A stretch of DNA of 64,000 nucleotides from Candidatus Bathyarchaeia archaeon. GTDB taxonomy: Archaea > Thermoproteota > Bathyarchaeia > Bathyarchaeales > Bathycorpusculaceae. The notes below the pieces were generated by a model that was not told where the DNA came from, ran no database searches, and worked only from the letters and a program-made list of their open reading frames with translations. The DNA lies in NCBI GenBank assembly GCA_049512075.1, contig JBEKXL010000001.1:32001-96000 (forward strand), given 5' to 3'. The translations under genes and the position numbers were made by a program. Positions 31,315 through 41,780 of this stretch are shown piece after piece (positions within the stretch are counted from its first letter, which is position 1; every line of letters starts with the position of its first letter).

Positions 31315-32199
31315 CTATCTTGCCTCCTCAACGAAAATGTCTCGAATTCCATCTCCTAAAAGATTGAAGCCTAGAATTATGACGATGATTGCCACGGCGG
31401 GAAACATGCTTATCCACCACTGGCCAGGCAGAAAAATAGAACCCCCGGCGACCATTGTGCCGAGATCTGGTGTTGGAGGCTGAGCGCCCAAACCTACAAA
31501 GCTCAGTGCAGAGCCTAGGAGTATTACCCAGCCCACATCCAACGTTATCTTGGTCAGAATTGACCCGAGACAATTTGGAAGGATTTCGTTGAACATTATT
31601 CGGAAAGAATTTTCGCCCATGACTTCTGACGCTTGAACAAAGTATTCATTTCTCAAAGCTGATGCAGCGTTATATGTTAACCTTGTGTACCAAGGCCACC
31701 ACATCAGTGAGACAGCCATCATCGAGTTGAATGCGCTGGGGGTCAGCACGGAAGCTATTGACAAAGCCAGTATGAGTGGAGGGACGGCTATGAACACGTC
31801 TGATATTCTCATGACCAGCGTGTCGATCCATGAGCCCCTGTAGTATCCTGCGATTAAACCCAGTACTATCCCAGGCGGTACAACGAGTAGCAACACTACC
31901 CCAGCCATCATAAGCGAGTATTGAAACCCAAAGACAGTTCGGGTAAACACGTCCCTCCCCAGTTGATCAGTTCCAAACAGGTACTTCGAACTTGGAGGCA
32001 GGAACCTGTCCTGAAGATTCGTTTGCAAGCCAGCCTCGCGGGGGTAAGGGGTTATGTAAGGAGCTGCCAAGGCCAGAAATATGGCGGCTACAATTACAAC
32101 CAGCCCTACTAGAGACAATGGGCTCCTGGAGAATCTGAACCATTTTCTCTTAAGATCGTACCTTTTGGCTATTATCCTGATGCGTTCCACTATTTGCAC
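31315..32199 (-). CDS. oppC: Oligopeptide ABC transporter permease
   Basis: FGTDQLGRDV, LSFVGLG.QPP.PDLG and GFNLLGDG motifs. Confidence 0.93.
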   Translation of the reverse strand: MQIVERIRIIAKRYDLKRKWFRFSRSPLSLVGLVVIVAAIFLALAAPYITPYPREAGLQTNLQDRFLPPSSKYLFGTDQLGRDVFTRTVFGFQYSLMMAGVVLLLVVPPGIVLGLIAGYYRGSWIDTLVMRISDVFIAVPPLILALSIASVLTPSAFNSMMAVSLMWWPWYTRLTYNAASALRNEYFVQASEVMGENSFRIMFNEILPNCLGSILTKITLDVGWVILLGSALSFVGLGAQPPTPDLGTMVAGGSIFLPGQWWISMFPAVAIIVIILGFNLLGDGIRDIFVEEAR

Positions 32200-33224
32200 T
32201 ATTGGCCTCTCTCCATGAGCCTTATTCTCGGATCCAGATATGCGACGATAACGTCGACAACTATGTTTGCAACAGCGTACATGATCCCTATAATCAAAAC
32301 AAGCGCGACTATGCCATTGAGATCTTTGTTTAACATAAACGTGAGACCAAGGTTGGCGAAGCCTGGCCAGTTAAAAACCTGTTCCACAAGAAAAGCGTTG
32401 GCCATCAGCGCTGCTATGTCCAATCCCATAACCGTTACTGCCGGAATCAGGGACGGTTTAAGCAGGTATTTAAGTGTCACAGTTCTGTCAGGCAAGCCTT
32501 GAGATTTTGCCATCGATATGTAGTCCTTATCTTTGTTTTCAACCATTCCAGATCTTATTATTCTGGCATCTTGGCACATAGCACCCATGCATAATGCCAA
32601 GGCTGGCAAGACCATGTGCCACAAAGCGTTTGCGAGCACGTCAAACTTTCCAGCGATAAGGGAGTCAACCGTGACGGATCCAGTTATTGCGGGCGGACCA
32701 GCGATTCCGGCAGAAAGCTCTCCAGTGGTCGGAAATAGTTTGAAGTACCAAGAGAACACAAGCTGAAGTATTATGGCCAAAACAAAGGCTGGAATCGATA
32801 TGCCAATGTAGGAAACCACTCTAACCAAGTTATCAGGTGCCTTGTAGGAATATCTGCCGGCTATAATGCCTAGTATAAAGGACCCAGCTATTTGAAACAT
32901 GGCTGCTAGGACAATCAGTTCGAGGCTCGCTGGAAGATACTGTATCACATCAGCAGTTATGTCGCGTTTGGTTGTAAGCGAATAGCCCAAGTCGCCATGT
33001 AGAACGTTGTCTAGCCATACAAAATACTGTGTGTACAAAGGCTTGTCCAATCCTAACTGTCTTCTGAGCTGATCTACGGCCCATTGGGGTGCATTGTTTC
33101 CCGCCGCGGCTCGCGCAGGGTCTCCCGGTAACACTCGGGCCAGGACGAAAACTAGTATTGACAGTCCGACCAAAGAGAAAACGATAAGACCCGTTCTTCT
33201 GAGTATGAATGTCGAAAGCCTCAT
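32199..33224 (-). CDS. oppB: Oligopeptide ABC transporter permease
   Basis: PGDPA, GLDKPL..QY, GDLGYS, VFNWPG and YLDPRI motifs. Confidence 0.93.
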   Translation of the reverse strand: MRLSTFILRRTGLIVFSLVGLSILVFVLARVLPGDPARAAAGNNAPQWAVDQLRRQLGLDKPLYTQYFVWLDNVLHGDLGYSLTTKRDITADVIQYLPASLELIVLAAMFQIAGSFILGIIAGRYSYKAPDNLVRVVSYIGISIPAFVLAIILQLVFSWYFKLFPTTGELSAGIAGPPAITGSVTVDSLIAGKFDVLANALWHMVLPALALCMGAMCQDARIIRSGMVENKDKDYISMAKSQGLPDRTVTLKYLLKPSLIPAVTVMGLDIAALMANAFLVEQVFNWPGFANLGLTFMLNKDLNGIVALVLIIGIMYAVANIVVDVIVAYLDPRIRLMERGQ

Positions 33225-33493
33225 TGTCTGTCGGCACACCTCGCTGTTAATACATGCTGCAAAAGACTTTAAAAAGGCTTATTGTATCGGATGAAACTTT
33301 CATTTATCTAACTCCGCGACTTTCATCCCCCTGAACATGCATGGATTGCAAAATCCTTTGCACAGAACCATAGACTGATGATTCTGCTGATGATTCTTTT
33401 CTGTGATACCAGTAGCGCAAGGAGAACAAGCTTTTAATAGTACATAGGAAAAAACAGTGTGAAAGAGTAAACATAAAACCGGAGGAAAAAAGT

Positions 33494-35224
33494 TTGAAGA
33501 TTTTCTTTGAAAGATCTGCAATTACAAAGATGCAAGCTGCAATCGTAGCAATCATCGTAATCGTTGCCGCTGTTATTGGCGCAGTCTACTACGTAACGCT
33601 TCCCGGCCCGAGCCCGTCGCCTTCCGCGTCGACTTCCCCATCCCCCTCGGCTTCCGCAAACGTCACTACCACAAGACTAGTGAGAAGAGGAGAATCATTT
33701 CCCTGTTACATTGACCCAGCGGTTGGTGCAGACTTCTGTAGCCAAGATGGCCAAACCAATCTTTACGACCCTCTTGTGTGGCCAGTTCCAGGAGGAGGCG
33801 TTATCCCGTGGATCGCTACCAGTTGGGCTGTCAGCACTGACAATCTGAATTACACGTTCACCATTAGGCAAGGCGTAACATTTCACGACGGCGGAACCTT
33901 GACGGCGAATGATGTCGCGTTCAGCATGCAAAGACTACTAACGGTAGGTCAAGGCTATTCGTGGATTTACACGGATTACATAAGCAACGTCACAGGCATT
34001 ACTGTGATCGATACGAACACGGTAATGTTCCATCTCAACAAGCCAGAAGGAGCTTTCCTCGATTCACTCGTTAGGCTGTACATAGTTGAAAAGGCAACTG
34101 TATTGGCAAACATCGTTACTCCTGGAACGTACGGCACTCTTGGAGATTATGGCACAACTTGGCTAGCAACACACGACGCAGGCTCTGGACCCTACAAGCT
34201 CAAAGCAATAAGCGTGAGTTCATACGTTTACATGACGCAGTTTTCTGGTTACTGGAACCCGCAAAGCGTTGACCCTCTAGCTCCTACCGAGGTAGATTTG
34301 GTGGCCACGGCGGCAAGTTCTGCAACAGAAAAGACTCTGATGCTGAACAAGCAGTTAGAAGTATCAGATGAGTGGCAGGGTGACTCATTCTTGACGCCAT
34401 TGAACACAACAGGCTATATCACGGCAGAGTCTCACGCAGATGCGGGCGAATACTACTACATGATGAACACTCAGAAAAAACCAACAGACGACGTCTACGT
34501 CAGGAAAGCTCTCGCGTACGCCTTTGACTATGTGACAACGATGACCATGATATATTCAAGGTTCCAACAGTCAGCATCATGTCTACCTATGGCCTTGCCA
34601 GGAGCTGTAAACGTCACCCCATATTATTACAACTTGACCCTAGCTGGAGAGATGCTTAAGCAATCTAAGTACTATCCGGACATCATCAATAACCCGCAAA
34701 ACTATCCGATTACGTTCCAGGTGATGAATGAGGTCCCAGAGAGAATGAGTGACGCATTGCACTTCGCTGAGACAGCCGCCATAATCGGGTTGAACGTCCA
34801 AGTAACCAGCATTCCTTGGGGTGAAATGGTTGGGGAAGTGGGTAATTACACCACAAGTCCCAACCTCCTGCCAATCGTTGTTGACCCTCTGTTCCTTGAC
34901 GCAGGCTCAATGCTCGCAGAGAGATATTCTATAGCATCTCAAGGATCGTTCGATAATTGTGTTTGGCTGAATAATGCGACGCTGGACGCAGAGATAGCGA
35001 ATGCTCAGGGAACCAACGACACAAGTTCAAGGCGCGTACAATACGGACACATTCAACAAGAAATAATGAATATATGCCCTGACATATGGGTCTATGACTT
35101 CAAGGTTGCAGAGGCAGTCCAAACCTACGTTTGGATACCACAAATGCATAACGCATCTTCGGTCATCGGCATCCAAGGCTACAACTGCAATTTCAAAACT
35201 TGGCAAGTCAGCCCCGCTACCTGA
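33494..35224 (+). CDS. oppA: Family 5 (peptide/nickel) ABC substrate-binding protein
   Basis: F.IRQGVTFHDG..LTA.DVAFS, GSGPYKL and VRKALAYAFD motifs; N-terminal hydrophobic anchor and PS/T-rich linker. Confidence 0.9.
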   Translation: MKIFFERSAITKMQAAIVAIIVIVAAVIGAVYYVTLPGPSPSPSASTSPSPSASANVTTTRLVRRGESFPCYIDPAVGADFCSQDGQTNLYDPLVWPVPGGGVIPWIATSWAVSTDNLNYTFTIRQGVTFHDGGTLTANDVAFSMQRLLTVGQGYSWIYTDYISNVTGITVIDTNTVMFHLNKPEGAFLDSLVRLYIVEKATVLANIVTPGTYGTLGDYGTTWLATHDAGSGPYKLKAISVSSYVYMTQFSGYWNPQSVDPLAPTEVDLVATAASSATEKTLMLNKQLEVSDEWQGDSFLTPLNTTGYITAESHADAGEYYYMMNTQKKPTDDVYVRKALAYAFDYVTTMTMIYSRFQQSASCLPMALPGAVNVTPYYYNLTLAGEMLKQSKYYPDIINNPQNYPITFQVMNEVPERMSDALHFAETAAIIGLNVQVTSIPWGEMVGEVGNYTTSPNLLPIVVDPLFLDAGSMLAERYSIASQGSFDNCVWLNNATLDAEIANAQGTNDTSSRRVQYGHIQQEIMNICPDIWVYDFKVAEAVQTYVWIPQMHNASSVIGIQGYNCNFKTWQVSPAT

Positions 35225-35385
35225 TACGCCCGAAACAACTCCCTTCCTTTTTTTGTAAAACAGCTTCATTCCTACTCTGCACACGTTATGAAATTGTATC
35301 CGCAGGCTTTCCGTCTTGCAAACGCAGAGAAATTTCAAAACACTTTTATTTCAAACAAATCTGTTTAAGATTCGAGGGAGAAACC

Positions 35386-36678
35386 ATAGATTTTTCTTTT
35401 CCTAGAGGCGACATTAGAGTCGTGCTTTATGTCCTGCTTTCTTCACTGGCTGCAAGAATCCTCCTATTTCCGGTACAGGGGTGTCTAGGCGACCTAGCAG
35501 CATTTGCATCGTGGTTCAACGCGGCTGCGGCACACGGACCACTCGTCTTCTATCAAGTTGTATACTGTGATTATCCCCCCTTCAACGTCTACATTTTTTG
35601 GCTTTTCGGCTCTTTCGCCAAACTGTTTTCGGTTTCTGCCTCACCAGCCCTAGTCTACATATTGAAGCTGCCTTCAACCCTTTTTGACACTGCAACAGCA
35701 GGTTTGATATTCGTCTTTCTTAGAAAAAGACTCAGCTTTAACTCCTCACTCTTGGCGACTTCCTTCTATGCGTTCAATCCTGCAATAATCTTCAACGGGT
35801 CAATCTGGGGGCAGTTCGACGCGATATACACGTTTTTTCTTGTAGCCTCACTCATACTCATTATCGACTCAAAACCAACGCTGTCAGCAGCGGCCTTCAC
35901 TGCCGCAGTACTGACCAAGCCGCAAAGTATCGCCTTGGCACCCTTGATAGTCTTTCTGTTAATAAAAAAGAAAAGCTGGAAGACTGTGGCGGCTTCTGTT
36001 GTTACATCAATAGCACTGATTTTCATGGTCTCGGTTCCCGTGAGCCTGAATAACCCAGCGAATTTCCTCGTGAGCATCTACCTTAAGGGCTACACGAGCT
36101 ATAGCGTCACTTCGGCGAACGCTTTCAACCTCTGGGCATTAGTCGGCCTTTGGAAGCCAGACGCCCAGACCTTTCTGTCGTTGGATCTTTTCAAGATAGG
36201 CTGGATCATGTTCGGTGCGCTGACGGTTTTTTCCTTGTTTTGCTTGTACAAGGCGTCTCACCGCGTGGAGAGGATTGGTCATACTTTTGAAGTCTCGGTG
36301 CTCTTCACTGCTTTTGTCCTCTTGTTCGGCTTCTTCATGCTTCCAACCAGGATTCATGAAAGATATTTATTCCCAGTCTTCAGCGTCCTAGCAATGATGC
36401 TACCCTTCGTAAAAGAGGCGAGACCACTCTACGGGATTTTGACTTTCACCTATTTTGCCAATTTGGCATATGTTCTTCCATTCCTCAATGCAGGCAACAG
36501 CCGCATACCTGACGGGGATCCTTTCATCTATGCCATAACTGCGATTAATCTGGCCGCTTTTGTTTACACGCTAACAGTAATCATCAGGAAGCCAAAGATA
36601 GTGAGCCCTCCGATTTCTAGCCAGGCATTCGAGAACGCAAAGCAATCAGTTGCGGGAGAATGTGGACCGCGATGCTGA
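35386..36678 (+). CDS. GT-C membrane glycosyltransferase (mannosyltransferase-like); start ATA 35386 or GTG 35422
   Basis: D...F..W, DYPP, FNPA.I..GSIWGQFD, KPQ, NAFNLW and HERYL motifs; many TM helices. Confidence 0.8.
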   Translation: MDFSFPRGDIRVVLYVLLSSLAARILLFPVQGCLGDLAAFASWFNAAAAHGPLVFYQVVYCDYPPFNVYIFWLFGSFAKLFSVSASPALVYILKLPSTLFDTATAGLIFVFLRKRLSFNSSLLATSFYAFNPAIIFNGSIWGQFDAIYTFFLVASLILIIDSKPTLSAAAFTAAVLTKPQSIALAPLIVFLLIKKKSWKTVAASVVTSIALIFMVSVPVSLNNPANFLVSIYLKGYTSYSVTSANAFNLWALVGLWKPDAQTFLSLDLFKIGWIMFGALTVFSLFCLYKASHRVERIGHTFEVSVLFTAFVLLFGFFMLPTRIHERYLFPVFSVLAMMLPFVKEARPLYGILTFTYFANLAYVLPFLNAGNSRIPDGDPFIYAITAINLAAFVYTLTVIIRKPKIVSPPISSQAFENAKQSVAGECGPRC

Positions 36679-38336
36679 TTGCCAAGCGCGACGTGGTCAC
36701 AATCGTCATGCTGACTCTTGCCTTCCTTGTGATAGCGACATGGGCTCTAGGTATGAATAATGTCCCAACCAGCACTTGGCAGTCTTACGGCATAGAAACC
36801 TTCTACGTCGATTTGGGAGAGGTGAAGAATGTGAGTTCGATATACCTCTTGCTAAAGCAGGGAAGCGTCAGCTTCGCGGTCTACACTGGCCAACCAGGAA
36901 ACTGGAAACTGAGGGCACAAACTTCGATGGAAAATTACTACTACCAGTGGGGACAGGTTCGCTTAGACGAGGAAACCCAATTCATAAGGTTCGCTTTCCA
37001 ACCTTCGGACGGCGAGATTGCAGAAATATCAGCCCTGGATGGAAACAACCAAAAAATCACTATCAAAGCGATACAGGGTGAAAACACTGACGACCTAGGA
37101 TTGGCAAAACTCATAGATGAGCAGGATAAGGTTGAATGCCCCCCGACGTATCAATCGGAAACCTTTTTCGACGAGATCTATTACGTGAGAACTGCTGAGG
37201 ACTACCTCAACTTCAGAGAACCCTATGAGTGGACGCAGCCTCCTCTTGGGAAGTTGATACTTGCGGCCGGTATCTCTTTCTTCGGCTACAGCCCTTTTGG
37301 CTGGCGGATCACGGGAGTCCTGTTCGCTGCGCTGATGATACCCATAATGTATATGCTTGGCAAGAAGATGTTTGGAACATGGATCGGCGCGTTCGCTCCG
37401 GCCTTTCTTCTTCTGTTTGACTTCATGCACTTCACTATGGCAAGAATCGCTACGATTGATACTTACCTGGTTTTCTTTTCACTGTTGTCGCAGCTTTTCT
37501 TCTTCATCTACGTCAAGAACGTGCTCAGCCAGGGATGGAAAACGTCAGTTTGGCCCCTCCTACTGTCAACCATCTTCTTCGCGCTCGCATTCTCAACAAA
37601 GTGGTACGCTTTGCCCGGGTTCTTGGGTCAAATGTTTATCCTCCTTTTTCTCAGACTTCGCGAACTCCCTGGGTCTAGAGGATTTGTTCAGAAAACTAGA
37701 GCCTTCTTCGGCCGCCCCTTTTTCATCTGCTTAGGCTTCTTGGCGATTGGAGTGATGGTATACGTACTCACCTACGTACCTTACATGATGGTCGGGCACA
37801 CGCTAGCGGACGTCTATCGAATGCAATGGTCTATGTACGATTATCACACGCAGCTTACGGCTACGCATCCATTTTCTTCTCCATGGTGGAGTTGGCCTTT
37901 GATAACAAGACCCGTCTGGCTCTACGTCGCAAACCTGCCTAGTGGCAACGTTTCAACGATTGCGGCGATGGGTAACCCGGCCGTGTGGTGGATCGGTTTT
38001 ACTTCAGTTATTTTGGCTGCTTGGGAAGGGCTTCGAACAAAAAACTATCTTTGCCTATTTGTTGTTACCATATTCCTCTTCCAGTGGATACCGTACGCCT
38101 TTATCTCCAGAGTTCTTTTCCTCTATGCCTTTTACTCCAACGTTCCCATCATGATTTTGGGGACTACTTATTTCATCAACAAGTCCTGGCGCACCCGACA
38201 GGGGAAGGTTTTCGTGCTGACTTATCTGATTGTCGTGGCAACTCTGTTTGCGATTTTCTACCCTGTCATTTCCGGAGTGCCAGCGCCAGATTACTGGAGA
38301 GAGGGGCTTAAGTGGTTGAGAAGCTGGGTGTTTTAA
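36672..38336 (+). CDS. Dolichyl-phosphate-mannose:protein O-mannosyltransferase (GT39/PMT family)
   Basis: FFDEIYY catalytic DE, PPLGK, FGWR, RIATID, KW, HPFSSPWWSWP..RP and GNP motifs. Confidence 0.85.
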   Translation: MLIAKRDVVTIVMLTLAFLVIATWALGMNNVPTSTWQSYGIETFYVDLGEVKNVSSIYLLLKQGSVSFAVYTGQPGNWKLRAQTSMENYYYQWGQVRLDEETQFIRFAFQPSDGEIAEISALDGNNQKITIKAIQGENTDDLGLAKLIDEQDKVECPPTYQSETFFDEIYYVRTAEDYLNFREPYEWTQPPLGKLILAAGISFFGYSPFGWRITGVLFAALMIPIMYMLGKKMFGTWIGAFAPAFLLLFDFMHFTMARIATIDTYLVFFSLLSQLFFFIYVKNVLSQGWKTSVWPLLLSTIFFALAFSTKWYALPGFLGQMFILLFLRLRELPGSRGFVQKTRAFFGRPFFICLGFLAIGVMVYVLTYVPYMMVGHTLADVYRMQWSMYDYHTQLTATHPFSSPWWSWPLITRPVWLYVANLPSGNVSTIAAMGNPAVWWIGFTSVILAAWEGLRTKNYLCLFVVTIFLFQWIPYAFISRVLFLYAFYSNVPIMILGTTYFINKSWRTRQGKVFVLTYLIVVATLFAIFYPVISGVPAPDYWREGLKWLRSWVF

Positions 38337-38339
38337 GAG

Positions 38340-39077
38340 ATGAAAACAAAGATGGAAGACAAAATCGAAGTTGAAGTCACATTAGTTTTCCCCGCTTACA
38401 ACGAGAGAAAAAACCTAAAGAATGCCGTTAGAAAAACAACTCGAGCTCTGGAAGAGATCACTAACTCGTATGAGATAATAATTGCCGAAGATGGAAGCAC
38501 TGACGGAACCGACAGAATCGCAGGCAGGCTTTCAAGTGAATACCAGTTCATAAGACACATTCACAGGGACAAGCGCCTGGGAAGAGGGCTGGCACTGAAG
38601 AACGCTTTTGCCGAATCTAACGGGAGAATCCTAGTTTACATGGATGTAGACTTGGCAACCAGCATTGAGCATTTGAGTGCACTAATAGAATCTGTCAGGG
38701 GCGGCTACGACTTTGCGACGGGTTCAAGGATGCTTCCTGAAAGCAAAGTGAAAAGAAGTCTGTCTAGGCAGGTTGCTTCGAAGTCTTACAACTCCTTGGT
38801 GAGATTGTTTCTGGGTTCTGGAATTTCAGATCACCAGTGCGGGTTCAAGGCGGCTAGAAGAGAGGCACTTCTAGAAATACTCGACGAGGTTAAAGCGACA
38901 CACTGGTTCTGGGATACTGAACTTCTAGTAAGGGCCTCGCGCAGAGGTTACAGAGTGAAAGAGATCCCCGTCGAGTGGACCCACGAGGGTGGGACGAAAG
39001 TAAGACTAATAAAAGACACCGTCCAGATGTGGGGCCAAGTGCTTAACCTCTGGTGGCAGCTGAGGAGTAGACAATAG
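38340..39077 (+). CDS. GT2 polyprenol/dolichol-phosphate hexose synthase (DPM/DPG-like)
   Basis: PAYNE, EDGSTDGT, MDVDL, GSR, DHQCGFKA and WFWDTE motifs. Confidence 0.9.
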   Translation: MKTKMEDKIEVEVTLVFPAYNERKNLKNAVRKTTRALEEITNSYEIIIAEDGSTDGTDRIAGRLSSEYQFIRHIHRDKRLGRGLALKNAFAESNGRILVYMDVDLATSIEHLSALIESVRGGYDFATGSRMLPESKVKRSLSRQVASKSYNSLVRLFLGSGISDHQCGFKAARREALLEILDEVKATHWFWDTELLVRASRRGYRVKEIPVEWTHEGGTKVRLIKDTVQMWGQVLNLWWQLRSRQ

Positions 39078-39218
39078 CAAAGGCCGTTTGATTCCGTGAG
39101 TTGTAAGGCGTGTAACCTCCTATTTTTGTGATAAGTTCTACAGAAGTATCATGCGGTGGCGGAAGCTTCTCTTCCAGGATTCTGAATACTCTTGATAGGC
39201 AAAGCCTATGAACCTTGG

Positions 39219-40412
39219 TTATGAGCCGGTTTCTTTTAGCATCAAGCCGCAGACTGCTTCGACACCAGTAAAGATAGTGCACATGATGATGACTGGCGTG
39301 AAGGATCCCGTCGCCACGGACAAATAGCCCCCCAACCAAGGAGCTATCATGGCTCCTGCGTATCCTCCAACGAGTGTTAATCCGCCGGCCGTCGCCGAGT
39401 ATGACGCGCCCATGAGTTCAACCGGCATCGCCAGGATTATAGGCGCCATGCTTCCGATGAGAAATCCATAGACAATCGCTGAAATCCAAAGTGGAAGGCC
39501 TACGGTCGTTCCGGTGAAATACAAAGCGACTGCGGCAAGGATGGACGTTCCCCATATGAAGGGTTTCCTTATGCCAATGCGTGCAGATACCAGGGGTACG
39601 ATGAAACTGCCTGGAATCATAAACAACGTAATCATCGATGTTACCAGCCCCGCGGTGGTCAAATCCATTCCTTTCTGTGTTAGTATTGTTTGGAGAAATC
39701 CGAACAAGCCAATTTGGGGTGCGAGAAGAAATAGGCATGTAATCATTACCATCCACATTTGCTTGCTTCTAAGCACGACTGAAAGAGATTTCTTGAAAGG
39801 AACCCCCTGCCCCTCGCCAGAAGGCACATTCTTATCTGTCTTCAAGACAGGTCTTTCTCTTGCTAGCGATATCCACACCAGAGTCATCGCCAAAGCAAGA
39901 ATGCCAACTGTGATGAAAACGCCTTGAGAAGATCCAGTGAGGGGCAGCAGCACGGCTGGAGTCAGTATGAACGAGGATGCCATGCCGACCTCCATACCCG
40001 TGAACATGACCCCGCTGGCCAATGCGTATTGTTTGTACGGGAACCATAAACCTGTTACCTTGGGCATGTTGGGGTAGGCAACAGCGTAGCCTGCTCCGCA
40101 CAAGAACATTGTGGTAGCTAGCATAGGGAAATTCGTTGCAAACCCCCTCAAAAGCCCAAAGACACCCATGATTAGTCCTCCTACTAGGACTGTTCGCCTA
40201 ACGCCGAATCGGTCTGCAAAAAGGCCTCCTGGAATGCAGAGTATTACCAAGGCTAATGGGACTAGCGCTACCAGAAACCCGAATTCTGCATAGGTTATGC
40301 CTAGCTTTGCCTCCATTGGCGTCACGCAGAACCAGGACAATCCGAGAGAGAACATCATCAGCCACGTTACGGCAACCATGACCCAACGATAGGACGAAGC
40401 TTCTTCATTCAC
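39219..40412 (-). CDS. MFS transporter (CynX-like)
   Basis: YRW start, G.FADRFGVRR motif A, about 12 TM helices; GGAGG SD before GTG 40412. Confidence 0.88.
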   Translation of the reverse strand: MNEEASSYRWVMVAVTWLMMFSLGLSWFCVTPMEAKLGITYAEFGFLVALVPLALVILCIPGGLFADRFGVRRTVLVGGLIMGVFGLLRGFATNFPMLATTMFLCGAGYAVAYPNMPKVTGLWFPYKQYALASGVMFTGMEVGMASSFILTPAVLLPLTGSSQGVFITVGILALAMTLVWISLARERPVLKTDKNVPSGEGQGVPFKKSLSVVLRSKQMWMVMITCLFLLAPQIGLFGFLQTILTQKGMDLTTAGLVTSMITLFMIPGSFIVPLVSARIGIRKPFIWGTSILAAVALYFTGTTVGLPLWISAIVYGFLIGSMAPIILAMPVELMGASYSATAGGLTLVGGYAGAMIAPWLGGYLSVATGSFTPVIIMCTIFTGVEAVCGLMLKETGS

Positions 40413-40665
40413 GTTGTAGCCTCCTGTATGCATCATCATGCGTGTCCCATAATAGTTTTTGCTTTGATACATTATTTCGTCTCACGCTGAACATTAGAGC
40501 AGACATTGCACATAAGCTGTCTTTTTGAAACATGGCTCTACACAAGGCGCAAACCTGATAAATCTCTGCAGAGTCCTGCAGTGATCGCTGTACATACGCT
40601 TCGCAATTCCTTTATATAGGGAGAACCCACGAAAATAGTTCAAAGAATTCGCTGGGTTGTTGCGT

Positions 40666-41613
40666 ATGGTTAAGTTTGGCATACATTTGCCCCAGATAGG
40701 TGTCGATTATGGCACCTTCAAAAATGTCGCTTTGACGTGTGAACGTGTCGGGTTTCAAACTGTTTGGGTGACCGATCATCTCCTGCCTATCGAAGGCTCC
40801 GCGCAAGAGTCTTATTTTGAGTGTTGGACAACTCTTTCGGCGTTGGCAGAAGCAACCAACACTGTGAGGATTGGCACCATGGTTCTCTGCAACCTGTATC
40901 GGTATCCTCCGATTTTGGCCAAAATGGCTTCGACCTTGGACGTGATAAGCCATGGCAGGCTTGATTTCGGTTTAGGAGCGGGCTGGTTCAAACCTGAGTC
41001 CGACGCCTTTGGCGTGCCATTTCCAAAAGCTTCTGTCCGGATAGAGATGCTCAATGAAGCCTTGGAAGTGCTTGAAAAGATGTGGACAGAGAACAAACCA
41101 GTGTTCAAGGGCAAGTACTACGGCATAAACGAGGCGTTGTGTAACCCAAAGCCAGTCCAGAAGCCTCATCCGCCAATCTGGATAGGCACGCAAACAGGAG
41201 GCAAACTCATGTACCGGACCGTCGCGAAACACGCTGACGGATGGGCTGTCGGAGCGTGGTATTTGCCGTCAGTCGATGAGTACAAACAGATGGCGAACCA
41301 AGTTAAACTCTACTTTTCAGAGGTCGGCAGAGATTTTGGACGTTTAGAGAAGGGTTTGGGAGTGGTGTGCATCTTAGCTGAGAACAAAACGGTTCTTGAT
41401 GAAAAGATCAAGAAGTATAGACCTGCGGAAAGCCCCCTCGATGAGTACGGTGCAACGAAAATGCAAATACGCGGAACACCAGACGTTTGCGTAGATATCT
41501 TAAAAACGTACGTCGATGCAGGGATAGATCATTTCATGATGGTATTTCCAGACGGAACAGACCTTAAAACGATACGGCTCTTTGGGGAACAAGTCATACC
41601 ATTTGTCAAATAG
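40666..41613 (+). CDS. LLM-class (probably F420-dependent) oxidoreductase
   Basis: W..DH, ECWTTLSALA, RYP.ILAKMASTLD.IS.GR..FGLGAGW and PKPVQKPHPPIWIG motifs. Confidence 0.9.
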   Translation: MVKFGIHLPQIGVDYGTFKNVALTCERVGFQTVWVTDHLLPIEGSAQESYFECWTTLSALAEATNTVRIGTMVLCNLYRYPPILAKMASTLDVISHGRLDFGLGAGWFKPESDAFGVPFPKASVRIEMLNEALEVLEKMWTENKPVFKGKYYGINEALCNPKPVQKPHPPIWIGTQTGGKLMYRTVAKHADGWAVGAWYLPSVDEYKQMANQVKLYFSEVGRDFGRLEKGLGVVCILAENKTVLDEKIKKYRPAESPLDEYGATKMQIRGTPDVCVDILKTYVDAGIDHFMMVFPDGTDLKTIRLFGEQVIPFVK

Positions 41614-41780
41614 CCTGCGTTAGATTCAAGCTTTGATCAGAAAGAGCGTACTCTAAAGTCATAAGTCAAGATTTGCTTTGCGCCGAGAGGCAGGTAAGTA
41701 GTTTGGAAAAGTACACAGAAAGAAAAAGGGTGGAAAGGATTCTTGAATTTTGGCAATCTCTTTTTTGAGCCATTGGCTGT

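Noticed and set aside
31312-31317. TAG readthrough (e.g. pyrrolysine) fusing oppC-oppD, and likewise drrA-drrB at 58350
   Set aside because: Both TAGs are in frame with the next gene, but strong SDs precede the ACG and the other two ACG cases have no upstream gene to fuse. TAG also ends many ordinary genes here, and no pyl genes are seen.
35200-35385. N-terminal extension of the GT-C ORF
   Set aside because: It overlaps the oppA stop and terminator and does not look protein-like.
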